Under the pieces are notes generated by a model that saw only the letters and a list, made by a program, of their open reading frames with translations, was not told where the DNA came from and did no database searches. A DNA stretch of 52,771 nucleotides from Octopus bimaculoides (taxonomy: Eukaryota). The stretch's first letter is position 1. Each line of letters starts with the position of its first letter. The stretch spans positions 163,305,220 through 163,357,990 of the forward strand of contig NC_068983.1 in NCBI RefSeq assembly GCF_001194135.2, in the 5' to 3' direction. Made by a program: the position numbers and the translations under genes. Of the stretch, positions 10,733 to 23,043 are shown piece by piece.

Positions 10733-11678
10733 TNNNNNNNNNNNNNNNNNNNNNNNNNNNNNNNNNNNNNNNNNNNNNNNNNNNNNNNNNNNNNNNNNNN
10801 NNNNNNNNNNNNNNNNNNNNNNNNNNNNNNNNNNNNNNNNNNNNNNNNNNNNNNNNNNNNNNNNNNNNNNNNNNNNNNNNNNNNNNNNNNNNNNNNNNNN
10901 NNNNNNNNNNNNNNNNNNNNNNNNNNNNNNNNNNNNNNNNNNNNNNNNNNNNNNNNNNNNNNNNNNNNNNNNNNNNNNNNNNNNNNNNNNNNNNNNNNNN
11001 NNNNNNNNNNNNNNNNNNNNNNNNNNNNNNNNNNNNNNNNNNNNNNNNNNNNNNNNNNNNNNNNNNNNNNNNNNNNNNNNNNNNNNNNNNNNNNNNNNNN
11101 NNNNNNNNNNNNNNNNNNNNNNNNNNNNNNNNNNNNNNNNNNNNNNNNNNNNNNNNNNNNNNNNNNNNNNNNNNNNNNNNNNNNNNNNNNNNNNNNNNNN
11201 NNNNNNNNNNNNNNNNNNNNNNNNNNNNNNNNNNNNNNNNNNNNNNNNNNNNNNNNNNNNNNNNNNNNNNNNNNNNNNNNNNNNNNNNNNNNNNNNNNNN
11301 NNNNNNNNNNNNNNNNNNNNNNNNNNNNNNNNNNNNNNNNNNNNNNNNNNNNNNNNNNNNNNNNNNNNNNNNNNNNNNNNNNNNNNNNNNNNNNNNNNNN
11401 NNNNNNNNNNNNNNNNNNNNNNNNNNNNNNNNNNNNNNNNNNNNNNNNNNNNNNNNNNNNNNNNNNNNNNNNNNNNNNNNNNNNNNNNNNNNNNNNNNNN
11501 NNNNNNNNNNNNNNNNNNNNNNNNNNNNNNNNNNNNNNNNNNNNNNNNNNNNNNNNNNNNNNNNNNNNNNNNNNNNNNNNNNNNNNNNNNNNNNNNNNNN
11601 NNNNNNNNNNNNNNNNNNNNNNNNNNNNNNNNNNNNNNNNNNNNNNNNNNNNNNNNNNNNCCCACCCACATCTCGCCC

Positions 11679-11720
11679 CACCTGACGAAGGCTGGAGGGT
11701 ATATCAGCCGAAACGTTGTG
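11679..11720 (+). ncRNA. Minimal type I hammerhead ribozyme motif (Penelope-type)
   Basis: cac-CTGACGA-a-GGCTG(gagggtatat)CAGCC-GAAA-CG-T-T-gtg: intact core, 5-bp stem II, palindromic AACGTT in place of stem III, 3-bp stem I. Confidence 0.65.
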
Positions 11721-11800
11721 TTAACAACAAACAAGATGAGGACGAATATCCGTCAAATGTAAATAATGTAAATAATTCCTCATCTCTTAAATATAGAACT

Positions 11801-12015
11801 GTCTGTGAATTTGTATAGATGTTTGTATATAGACATATGCACCTACAGTTTACGAACGATGCTATAGTTTTTATGTAACCTCTGCGTCCGTCTCGACGAC
11901 ACCTCATCGGTATGTCTAAAACATGACATGTCATATCACAGCCATGAGATTTAGATAATACATAGTATTTTGTGACTGTCACATGTCAAATGATGCATCA
12001 GAAAGTTATTTTTGG
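11801..12015 (+). repeat. 215-bp direct repeat, copy 1
   Basis: 9 substitutions and no indels versus 14279-14493 by manual alignment. Confidence 0.95.
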
Positions 12016-12469
12016 AAGAATTATATAAACTTTGAATTTTTTTAAAAACTGGAATCGAGCAGCGAGTGATTCGATGAATTTTTTCATAATGCAAACATAC
12101 GAGTAACTTTACTTATTCAAAAACCGCAAAGCATTGTCAATTTATTAATATTTTTATATATTATTAGTGTTTTGATTTTCACGTATCTTTCTAAAATGAA
12201 ATGCTGGCTTCTAAAAAAATACTGAAATTATTTGAATGGGTGCGCTGCGAGTGCTACCAAGTGCCATTTTCCTCACGTTGAGAATGCAGGTACGATGGAT
12301 GTATGTTTTCACTTAAGCATGTACACACGTGCACACACATACATACACACATGTATATATAAACATATGTATATAAATACATATATATATGTGTGTATAT
12401 GTATGTGTGCATATATGTATATATATATATCCATATATATATATGTAAATATATGTGCATATATATATA

Positions 12470-12516
<47 letters not shown>

Positions 12517-13269
12517 ATAAGAGTGAAAAAACTACAGAAGGCTTGTGTTACATGGTTAAAGTATATATTTAAATTATGTCAGAAAAATGTTAGAAAAATG
12601 TTAGAAAAATGTTAGAAAATCCTTTTGGTATATAAACATTGTATTTTGAGAAATAACCGGTTTCGCGTTGTCTTTTCAAATTTCCCTACTTCATTGTAAC
12701 GTCTATATACACACACACACTTGCATATACGTATATATACATATGTATGTATATATGTATGCCTATGCATTAACGCATGCATGTTTTTCTTCTCATGTGT
12801 GATTATGATTATGTGGAGTTGTTGTTCATTCTATAATAAAAGACAATGAATCATAATGATATTGAATGGGAGTTCGTCTCATCGTTCTTACTTTTGGTTT
12901 TGAGGAAGATGGCATTTGAAATTTAAATAATAAAAGAAAATTGATATCTCATAAAGGCTTTTAAATTTGGAATATTTTAAACATCAAAGGAAACACAGAA
13001 AGTAAATCTTAATTTTTTTACTTCTTAATATGTACCTACTTTCAAATATATAAGCCATCTATTTTAATATCGATTGTGGAGCTACGTGGTTTCGTCACTA
13101 CAGTGTTAGCTTCACGTTGGTAAGGTCGCTGTTTCGATTCGTGGACCATACCGCGTTAGAGTTCTGGAGAAATTCACATCACTTCTCTTTGCTCGAGTGC
13201 ATGATAGTATTCCGCCGCCATCGTGGCGGCGGAGAGGTTCACGTCTATTATTCTTCGTGACTATATAGT

Positions 13270-14050
13270 CATTTAAAAAGGAACTAATGGAAGTTTGGTA
13301 GATGCGACTTGGTCATTCTCTTTAGCGGGTGAATGCTAAGTCATGTTGCATTTCATTGAGGAAGCTGCTTGGCTCAAGGAACATGATTATTTGGAATGTC
13401 TACAATTTTTACCATCTGCTGTTCCCGCCTTTAGGAGTGACGCATATTTTACCTTTTAATTTTTTCTAAGTTTGTTGAATATATTGGAGGTCCAAAAAAG
13501 AAATTGCGTTTCTATAGGCGCTTTCTTCAATGTTTTTAAAAGAATCAGTTGAAAAGCACCAAGGGTTAGTCGCTGAATTCTAATTCCTTGCCGATATTAT
13601 ATGCTCCACTTGTCGATGTAATTGATCGGTGACTCTTGCTTGTGAAGATCTACGGTATTGAATACCACATCAGTGTTAGTTAGATATTTTCTCTTCGTAG
13701 GGAAACGGAAAAATTTTGTAACTGTTTATTCAGTATTCCATTTACCTTAACAGGGTCAGCGGTCAGTGAAACATATTCTTCAAACAGCTGCACCTTGTAA
13801 TGTAGCGCACCACGGCAGATTCTTTGGCCAATCTGTAGGCCATGAGTTAGTTTTCGACTTCCTTCGTTTACCTTTTTTCTTTCCTCTTTCCATAGGGCGG
13901 TGTGAGTGATTTTTCATGCTATGAAAAACTTAATGATCTGGACAACTTAATTTCTCCATATATCTGTTTGTTTAAAAGTCACCTGAAGATAGCGGATGTT
14001 GTCATGATGTAATCTAAAAACTTATCAATAAACAGCTCTGTTCTTCTTTT
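13270..14050 (-). pseudogene. Possible highly decayed LINE RT N-terminal region
   Basis: Fragments LKKAPIETQF, KGKICVTPKGG and KNCRHS resemble LK.lp..., WK.A.I..IPK and NYRPIS. Multiple frameshifts. Confidence 0.3.
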
Positions 14051-14278
14051 ATACACGCGCTACACTTGAAACAATCCCGAGGTTGGATCTGCAGTTTACA
14101 TTAGATCGGGTACCTATATATGTGTATTTGTCTATGCGTACACTTATATAGATTGACCTGTGGACATGTATATGCATACATGCAGCATACAAAAATCTAA
14201 ACACAACTGAATATTTCAAGCCCCGGTACCAAGCCTTTCCTGCCGTCATATAAATTCGTAGCTAATGTGAGTACCAGC

Positions 14279-14493
14279 GTCTGTGAATTTGTATAGATGT
14301 TTGTATATAGACATATGCACCTACAGTTTACGAACGATACTATAGTTTTTATGTAACCTGTTTGTTCGACACGACGACACCTCATCGGTATCTCTAAAAC
14401 ATGACATGTCATATCACAGCCATGGGATTTAGATAATACATAGTATTTTGTGACTGTCACATGTCAAATGATGCATCAGAAAGTTATTTTTGG
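14279..14493 (+). repeat. 215-bp direct repeat, copy 2
   Basis: See copy 1; offset 2478 bp. Confidence 0.95.
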
Positions 14494-14532
14494 GGAATAC
14501 CTTCATTCTAACGAATCCTGCTAGTGAATAGT

Positions 14533-14582
<50 letters not shown>

Positions 14583-15225
14583 NNNNNNNNNNNNNNNNNN
14601 NNNNNNNNNNNNNNNNNNNNNNNNNNNNNNNNNNNNNNNNNNNNNNNNNNNNNNNNNNNNNNNNNNNNNNNNNNNNNNNNNNNNNNNNNNNNNNNNNNNN
14701 NNNNNNNNNNNNNNNNNNNNNNNNNNNNNNNNNNNNNNNNNNNNNATATATATATATATATATATATATACATAGAGAGAGAGAGAGAGAGAGATACATA
14801 TGTGTGTGTTTGTATGTGTGTGTGTGTTTGTGTTTTCGTTTGTTGGGAGTGTCACTAGACATGTTCACTCGAATTTGACAGCCTTATTTTTCGGCTGTAG
14901 AGTGGAAAACTATCATCGCATGACATTAACGCACGGACATGGCGAGAGCAAAGAACCTACAAAATTTCTAAACCTAATCACATGATAATCCTCGGGCAAT
15001 CAAAACGTATCCAAGACATATATTCATTCGAACCATGTTCGCTCTATAAAAACAAGAGAATTCTTGCATACCAGCCGGAAGCAAGGCAGATGCAGCATAC
15101 TTCCACGTCTTTCTATCGCAACTTTTGAAAAAATCTGTGAAAGCGGCTAAATCTTAAAAAAATTAAAAGAATACTAGTGCATTTTCAATTTCTTTTTTCT
15201 ATATTTCTACCCGTATGTGGATAGG

Positions 15226-15530
15226 GGTATGCGGCTCACGACTGTAAGGTCATAAGTTCGGACTCCGGCGGCGCGATATCTCCTTGAGCAAGACACTTTA
15301 TTTCATGTTGTTCCAGGCCATTCTGCGGGCAAAACAGTTGTTGTTTTCATTTCAAACGGCCGGCCTTTTTCACGTAGTATGTCATGCTAAATCTTTCTGT
15401 GTACTGCATTAAGGGTACGCGTGTCTGTGGAGTGCTTAGCCACATACATGTTAATTTTAGGAGCAGGCTGTTCTGTTGATCAAATCAAGTCGAATCCACA
15501 TCGTCGTCGTGGTCATCGGAGTACCAAAAG
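15226..15530 (+). mobile_element. tRNA-headed SINE with the central cttgagcaagacactttatttca motif and a tail different from family C
   Basis: B-box-like aagttcggactcc; central motif identical to 34487-34510. Confidence 0.65.
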
Positions 15531-18003
15531 GCGTGTATATATATATATATATNNNNNNNNNNNNNNNNNNNNNNNNNNNNNNNNNNNNNNNNNNNNNNNN
15601 NNNNNNNNNNNNNNNNNNNNNNNNNNNNNNNNNNNNNNNNNNNNNNNNNNNNNNNNNNNNNNNNNNNNNNNNNNNNNNNNNNNNNNNNNNNNNNNNNNNN
15701 NNNNNNNNNNNNNNNNNNNNNNNNNNNNNNNNNNNNNNNNNNNNNNNNNNNNNNNNNNNNNNNNNNNNNNNNNNNNNNNNNNNNNNNNNNNNNNNNNNNN
15801 NNNNNNNNNNNNNNNNNNNNNNNNNNNNNNNNNNNNNNNNNNNNNNNNNNNNNNNNNNNNNNNNNNNNNNNNNNNNNNNNNNNNNNNNNNNNNNNNNNNN
15901 NNNNNNNNNNNNNNNNNNNNNNNNNNNNNNNNNNNNNNNNNNNNNNNNNTATATATATATATATATCAAGAGACCTGCATTGATAGATATATAGATAGAT
16001 TCTCGACATTTGGTTTCCATTAAAAAAACTTGTGTTATATCTATTAAGGTTTGATGCCAGATTTCCCAGAAAAAAAATTTGTCTGGAATTCTCCACGGGT
16101 GACAGACAAAATCTTCCTGATAAGCATAAATTCTCCATTTATTTTATAGCCTCCAGCCTGAAAGGAAATTGTGTTGAGAAGCGGCTGTGTCTGTATTTTG
16201 TTCAGATAACGATACTAAGGAATATATAAATAATTATTTACTTCGCGCTTAAGTATGCAAACCATAAATGTGTTCTTCTTCCTTCGATATTTCAGGTGAT
16301 AATGCTTCAAATCCTGCTAGTGTTTCTTGGAACACATTTCAGTAGAATTTAACCGAATTTCTTTTAAGAATCAGAAAAATAATAATCAATGTTTAGATAA
16401 TACTTCTGGTTAATAATAATTCACCCGTTCAACCGTAGTGCCGTCTGTTGCTAATATATCAAAATGTTATTACCAATAGTGTCACGTATTAATACGGTAA
16501 ATACAGATACGTGGGAGTTAGAAGGAATGCGATATGCATAAATATTATTTTGAATTTAAATCTTCATTCAAATATATAGGAGAATTCTTCGAATGACTGA
16601 TTCAAAATTCGGTTACATTTTGTTTATTTCGCTCTGAGAATGATGGAAAATTCTTACGGTTGTCTTTCAGAATCTATCTTTCAATTCTTTGCCTCGTAGA
16701 GCTTTAGGTGTTTTCGCTCAATAAACACTCGCGAGTCCGCTGCCCTAACCACAACAGAAGTACTTTGAGTAGTTATCCACATATAGATTTTAGTTTTAGT
16801 TATTGGATTCTGGCCACACTGGAACACTGTATTCACGGGTTTAATCGATCTCATCGATTAACTGAATATATTTCTGTCTCGTATTTATACTTATAGTTTT
16901 CTATTTGGCGAGCAGCACGATAAGATGACGTAAGAGGACCCTAACACTAACCTCGCTGGCTTTTAGACATTAACTCAATTAAGACAGACGCATAAGAACG
17001 TGATATGTATATATATAAATATATGTATATATAATATGTATATATAGTATNNNNNNNNNNNNNNNNNNNNNNNNNNNNNNNNNNNNNNNNNNNNNNNNNN
17101 NNNNNNNNNNNNNNNNNNNNNNNNNNNNNNNNNNNNNNNNNNNNNNNNNNNNNNNNNNNNNNNNNNNNNNNNNNNNNNNNNNNNNNNNNNNNNNNNNNNN
17201 NNNNNNNNNNNNNNNNNNNNNNNNNNNNNNNNNNNNNNNNNNNNNNNNNNNNNNNNNNNNNNNNNNNNNNNNNNNNNNNNNNNNNNNNNNNNNNNNNNNN
17301 NNNNNNNNNNNNNNNNNNNNNNNNNNNNNNNNNNNNNNNNNNNNNNNNNNNNNNNNNNNNNNNNNNNNNNNNNNNNNNNNNNNNNNNNNNNNNNNNNNNN
17401 NNNNNNNNNNNNNNNNNNNNNNNNNNNNNNNNNNNNNNNNNNNNNNNNNNNNNNNNNNNNNNNNNNNNNNNNNNNNNNNNNNNNNNNNNNNNNNNNNNNN
17501 NNNNNNNNNNNNNNNNNNNNNNNNNNNNNNNNNNNNNNNNNNNNNNNNNNNNNNNNNNNNNNNNNNNNNNNNNNNNNNNNNNNNNNNNNNNNNNNNNNNN
17601 NNNNNNNNNNNNNNNNNNNNNNNNNNNNNNNNNNNNNNNNNNNNNNNNNNNNNNNNNNNNNNNNNNNNNNNNNNNNNNNNNNNNNNNNNNNNNNNNNNNN
17701 NNNNNNNNNNNNNNNNNNNNNNNNNNNNNNNNNNNNNNNNNNNNNNNNNNNNNNNNNNNNNNNNNNNNNNNNNNNNNNNNNNNNNNNNNNNNNNNNNNNN
17801 NNNNNNNNNNNNNNNNNNNNNNNNNNNNNNNNNNNNNNNNNNNNNNNNNNNNNNNNNNNNNNNNNNNNNNNNNNNNNNNNNNNNNNNNNNNNNNNNNNNN
17901 NNNNNNNNNNNNNNNNNNNNNNNNNNNNNNNNNNNNNNNNNNNNNNNNNNNNNNNNNNNNNNNNTATATATATATATATATATATAAATATATACATATA
18001 TAA

Positions 18004-18034
<31 letters not shown>

Positions 18035-18069
18035 GTATGTATATATATATATATATATATATCCATAAA

Positions 18070-18260
18070 CGTGGGGGTAGGCCGTTGTACCAACGATCGG
18101 GATATTCTGACTTCAGTTCCCGGTCTGGTTGGTGCGTTCTGTTCTTGAGCAAAACACTTCACCCCACGATGCCCTGCGGTCACTTCGACACCTCAAGTGT
18201 GATACACTGTACACTATGCACCTGTTCAGACAATGTCGATTTGACGGGGGTAGTGAGATA
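18070..18260 (+). mobile_element. Diverged tRNA-headed SINE with the gttcttgagcaaaacact central motif
   Basis: B-box-like acttcagttccc followed by the shared central motif. Confidence 0.5.
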
Positions 18261-18386
18261 ATTTACGGCACAGCCTGGATTACTATAGACAAATCATATG
18301 TGTCCAGTTTGTTCAGCAAAAAATTGCACAACACTCTTTCTCGGACTACGAGAGATCAACGTCATATATATATATATGCTTGCGTC

Positions 18387-18451
<65 letters not shown>

Positions 18452-18961
18452 ATACACACACACAGTACACACGTAGTGTAATATGCATACATGTTTTATT
18501 AACATACACAGTGTATAGTCACGAAGTACTAAAAGTTCCATGCATTGGAGATGTAGTCTTAGCGAGTTTAATTAAAATACCTTGTGTCCCCTAGCAATCT
18601 TCGCGCTCTGAGCACATGACCAATACAGTTTACAAATCAGGTTACTGGAAGAAGAGAAATAACGATAAAAAACGGGAAGGGAGATGAAAAAAGTGGGAGG
18701 GTTAAATATAAACGACTACACGTCGAAGTATTAATAAATATGATAATAATATTTGTGGTTCTAACGGAGATATGCTGAAAATGGCATGACATAACAGCCG
18801 CAGCCATCAAATACCTTATATAAATTTGATATAGACTAGTTTAGTAAACATAATTTTATTAGTATTGGAAATTCTGTCAAGGATTGGATCCAGATAGAAT
18901 TAAATATGATGTGTCCGTGTGAAATTTGATATAAATTATTTTAATGTATTATTGGGGTTAA

Positions 18962-19160
18962 CAGGGAGAGCTGGTAGAATCGTTAGCTCGCTGGGCAAAA
19001 TGCTTAGCGATATTTTGTTCTGAGTTCAAATTCCGCCGAGGTCCACTTCGTCTTTCATCCGTTCCTGGTCGATATAAGTACCAGTGGAGTACTGGGGTCG
19101 ATGAAATCAACTAGTCTCCTCCTCTAAAATTGCTGGCAATGTGCCAAAAGTTGAAACCAA
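18962..19160 (+). mobile_element. SINE family A
   Basis: gagctggtagaatcgttagc...ctgagttcaaattccgccgaggtc...gtactggggtcgat. Confidence 0.9.
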
Positions 19161-19534
19161 TATACGACTGTGATTAAATCAGTAAAAGCTTTTAAGTCAT
19201 ATTATTGACGTTTTCGCCAACTATTATTAATTTGGTTGAATCCCTGGTGGGCCTGAACCGTCAAAACTGTCGAAAAGTTATTCATGTTCGTGACTTATGT
19301 CAAGGAATACGAAAATAAACTGTGGAGTTTCCGCCAAAATACGTTGCAAATTTACATCCGTAAAACATGTTCAACTCGTGACTCACTTCTTTAGTTTTAC
19401 CAAGCAACTACGCGATAAGAAAATAATGCAAGCAACAAACATAAAAGAATAATTGAACTCGACATCTCAATGGTAGACATAATGCAGAGATTGTAGTTTC
19501 TCATTTGTTCTCGTGAGTAATGTTGAAATTTAAG

Positions 19535-19676
19535 GTATTGGCTCGGCTGTTTGGTAAGAAGTTTGCTTCCCAACCACATGGTTCCGGGTTCAGTCCCATT
19601 GCGAAGTACCTTGGGCAAGTGTCTCCTACTATAGCCTTGTGAATGGATTTGGTACACAGAAACTGAAAGACGCTCG

Positions 19677-19758
<82 letters not shown>

Positions 19759-19971
19759 ACACGTACATGTGTGTTTCTGTGTGTGCCTGTGCGTCTTTCT
19801 GTCTGTGTTTGTTCCCCACCACTGCCTGACAGTTACTGGTGGTATGCTTACTTCTCCGTAACCAAGCGTTTCAACAAACGAGTCCGATAGTTAAGTATCA
19901 GGCTAAGATTTTTAAGGTGGTGCCCCAGCATGGCCGAAATCTGTTACACATAAAAGGTAAGAGATAAAAGA
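19535..19971 (+). mobile_element. SINE family B, full length with internal (CA)n
   Basis: Head ggttccgggttcagtccc, accttgggcaagtgtc; (CA)n about 19681-19760; tail ggtgccccagcatggccg. Confidence 0.88.
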
Positions 19972-20199
19972 TGGCAGGTGCCAATTATTTTCAGGTATCA
20001 ATTTTGAAATACCTTTCAATTTCGCCTTCTTAACCCTTTAAGTACCTACAGTTTCTCGTTGTTAATGTCAGATTCAAATGTTTCAATGCACTTAATTTAG
20101 ATTTTCTGCGGGTGTTGACTTATAATTTTGCAAAAAAGAAAAAAACATTAAAGGCATCTATCTTACTGGTCTTGAAGAACCAGGAAAGGTCGTGGACAC

Positions 20200-20333
20200 T
20201 GCTTTTGCTCGAGACGCAAAAGAATGAAGGGCAAACTCAAACTCGGTTAAGTTTGAACGCAGAACCTAAAGACGGGCGAAACATCGCTAAGCAATTTGTT
20301 CGGTCTGCGACTGATTCTATCAGCTTGCTGCCT
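20200..20333 (-). mobile_element. SINE family A, 5' part, diverged
   Basis: gaatgaagggcaaactc...tttgaacgcagaac...cgctaagca...gattctatcagct. Confidence 0.7.
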
Positions 20334-20672
20334 TTTTGGTTTTGGAATATATTAATCTTTGATTTCTTTCGACTTAGATATAAAATTTTTTACATTACCC
20401 TAAAAGATTACTCAGTACTCTTTAGTAGAGTACATATTTATTCATAAAGTACAGTCTGATAATTGCCAGCCAGCCGAAACTTCGTAGTCGCCGTCAATCT
20501 TTAACTTGTAAAGTCAATAATTTTTTTTTCTCAGATGTGTGTGTGTGAGTGTGTGCACAAGTATGCACATATATATCTCTTTCTGTATATAAATACATAC
20601 ATATAGACACACACACACTAAAATATGCATATGTGCGTTTGTGTACGCTATATATACATAATTCATTCACAC

Positions 20673-20739
<67 letters not shown>

Positions 20740-22864
20740 GTTATTTCAATACGCTTTATCAGAAGATGTCGTCGCTAACAAATGAGGTGAAAACTAATAA
20801 TCTGTATTATTTTAGCTGCTCAAATGTCATTGCAATATAACAATTCTGTGAATGGCATCGTAATAACATTCAAGTCATATCAGTAAAGATCACATTTTAT
20901 AGCTGCTCTTTCAATCTTTGTTTATTAATGTGCCACTTAAGATCACTTGACGTTCACCACAAGCTGGATTATTCCGTCGCACTTTGAATATTTGGGTCAG
21001 CACTAAATTCTAGCTTTTGCTTGTAATGTATCTGTAATAACTAGTCATGTTGGAATTTAATCTTTCTCATCTAAACTTTAACTGATCTGTTTTTATAGAC
21101 TAAGGAATATCTCTTAAACTTGACTGGTGCCCTTTGCTTACACACCTTAACTGTGTTTCTTCCTATGAAGGAGGCATTTCAACCAATGATTTTTCAACGA
21201 ATATTGTTACAATATCTGTAACAACCTTACCTTGTTACAGATATGCTGTGTAATTTATAACATCGTTAAAGTGTTGTTATTCAAAGTGGTCATCTGGCAG
21301 GATCATTACAGCATTGGATAAAATGTTTTGCGATGTTTCTTTCGGCTCTTTACATTATAAAATGAAAACCAGCCGAGATCATCACTTGCCTCTCATTTCA
21401 TCGAAAGCGATAAAATATGAAAATCGGTCTAGAACTGGAGACGAAAGTATCAACAACGCTCACAGCATCAAATCACTCTTCTTGTATCTAAACCAGAATC
21501 ACAAGTTTAGTCTTTTCTTCGCACAGATCTATCGGATTCCAGCTGTGATATCACATGGTTCTAAGAGAGCGAGGGTAGAATTTACACAAGATTTGACTAT
21601 TGTTCTAACAGGACAAGAGTCGATGGAGGCAGCTGCTTAGCTTGATATTGGTAAATGTTTTCTAGTCTTCTGCTGCATTATAATGAGTTCTTCATCGTGT
21701 TGCTATCTCTAGTTAGGAACCGTGGCAATTCTAGTCATTTTTAGAATTAGAAAATATCGATATACCGAAATACCATTTCGAAACGAAGAGGTGAAAATAA
21801 GCTTTTCATAGTAAAAAATGTTTTGTAGTTCCAGATCTTCAGCTGTTTACCGGGAAACAGACACAGAGAAGATGTTTCCATTTATCCATAAATCTGGTGA
21901 ACTGAGTGACCAATAGAACCTGATGTTCATAGAATATTCGCCAATTCTAGTTAATATATCGTTGTACTTCCTGAAAAAGGATCAACATTCATTTTGCATA
22001 ATAACAGCTTTTAGAATCAATGACATTTCAAATAAACAATGCTTCTCTCTGGCAGTATAGCAGAAACTTCCTGATTGTCACTGGAGCATGGCGAAAATAG
22101 AAAGGCCGATTGAGACCTTTTAAAACTATTGATTTGTAGAACCGTTTCGGACAATTGATGAGGTCAATGAAAAGGTTGTTATTCCTAATTAGTTGTCACT
22201 CGATTACTAAATCACGACCAAACACTTCACCATGTTGTAGGTTGTCGAGAGTTTTCTTCCTTTCGTTTCTGTGAGACTTCCAGGTTATTAGGTGGGAATG
22301 AAATGGTAATTAATTCCTGGAAAACAAAAAGAACTGCAAAGCAACTAGTCTTTATTTTGCTGGCTTGTGACTCCATTCTGTTCCATAATATATCACAATA
22401 GGTTTTGATCTGTGTTACATTAACGACTTCAATGATGTGAGAACTTTGCAATATTTTGATGTAATGTTTTGCTCGTAATTGTAAAGATCAAAAGTATAAA
22501 TATTTATCCGTAGATATATTTTATCCAATTATGTTAATTTTAGAAGCGGCAGAAACGATGAGTGAGTCTATGAGTCAATAACGACTAATTCGATGATGTT
22601 TAAGAGTGTAGTGCTTTTATAGAATGCTTGACATTTTATTCAGGCAAATTATATCCGTAGTGAATGTATTTCTCAGACAGTTTTGGAAATAGACAGAAAT
22701 TCTTACTAGCAAATGGATAGGAGAGTTTTAGACGAAACATATTTGGGGGCCCAAGGAAATATAGTCTTATGCAGTTGAGTGTAGTTCTTTTCTCGTGTTG
22801 TTGCAGTAAAATATGTGAACGTCTCAGCAACAGAGAAATCAGAAGTAGAAATAAATCTCAATAT

Positions 22865-23043
22865 TAGCATGCTGTCAATTTAATGTGACAGTCCCATAAA
22901 AGGGAAGAATGCTACTGTTATTTAGCCCTAGGAAACACCGTTTAGTGTTCGACTTGACAACAGGAAACGGTGTTTCCTAGGGCTAAATAACAGTAGTATT
23001 CTTCCCTTTTATGGGACTGTCACATTAAATTGACAACATACTA
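22865..23043. mobile_element. Foldback MITE: 79-bp inverted arms, 21-nt spacer, TA at both ends
   Basis: 22865-22943 versus 22965-23043 shows 3 mismatches; the element starts and ends with TA. Confidence 0.85.

Noticed and set aside
14205-14250. Minus-strand hammerhead (AGGC...GCTT-GAAATATT)
   Set aside because: The first core strand (CAGGAA) is too far from CUGANGA.
11801-14493. LTR retrotransposon bounded by the 215-bp repeats
   Set aside because: No clean TG...CA termini, no TSD, PBS or PPT seen, and no gag/pol inside.
20850-21700. RT remnant on the minus strand (ITAGIR*IC, PDD)
   Set aside because: Too decayed to call; ORF 21314-21640 on the plus strand has no recognisable homology either.
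21760-22400. Host exons suggested by AG/GT-bounded open stretches
   Set aside because: Weak splice sites, no recognisable protein, and candidates on both strands.
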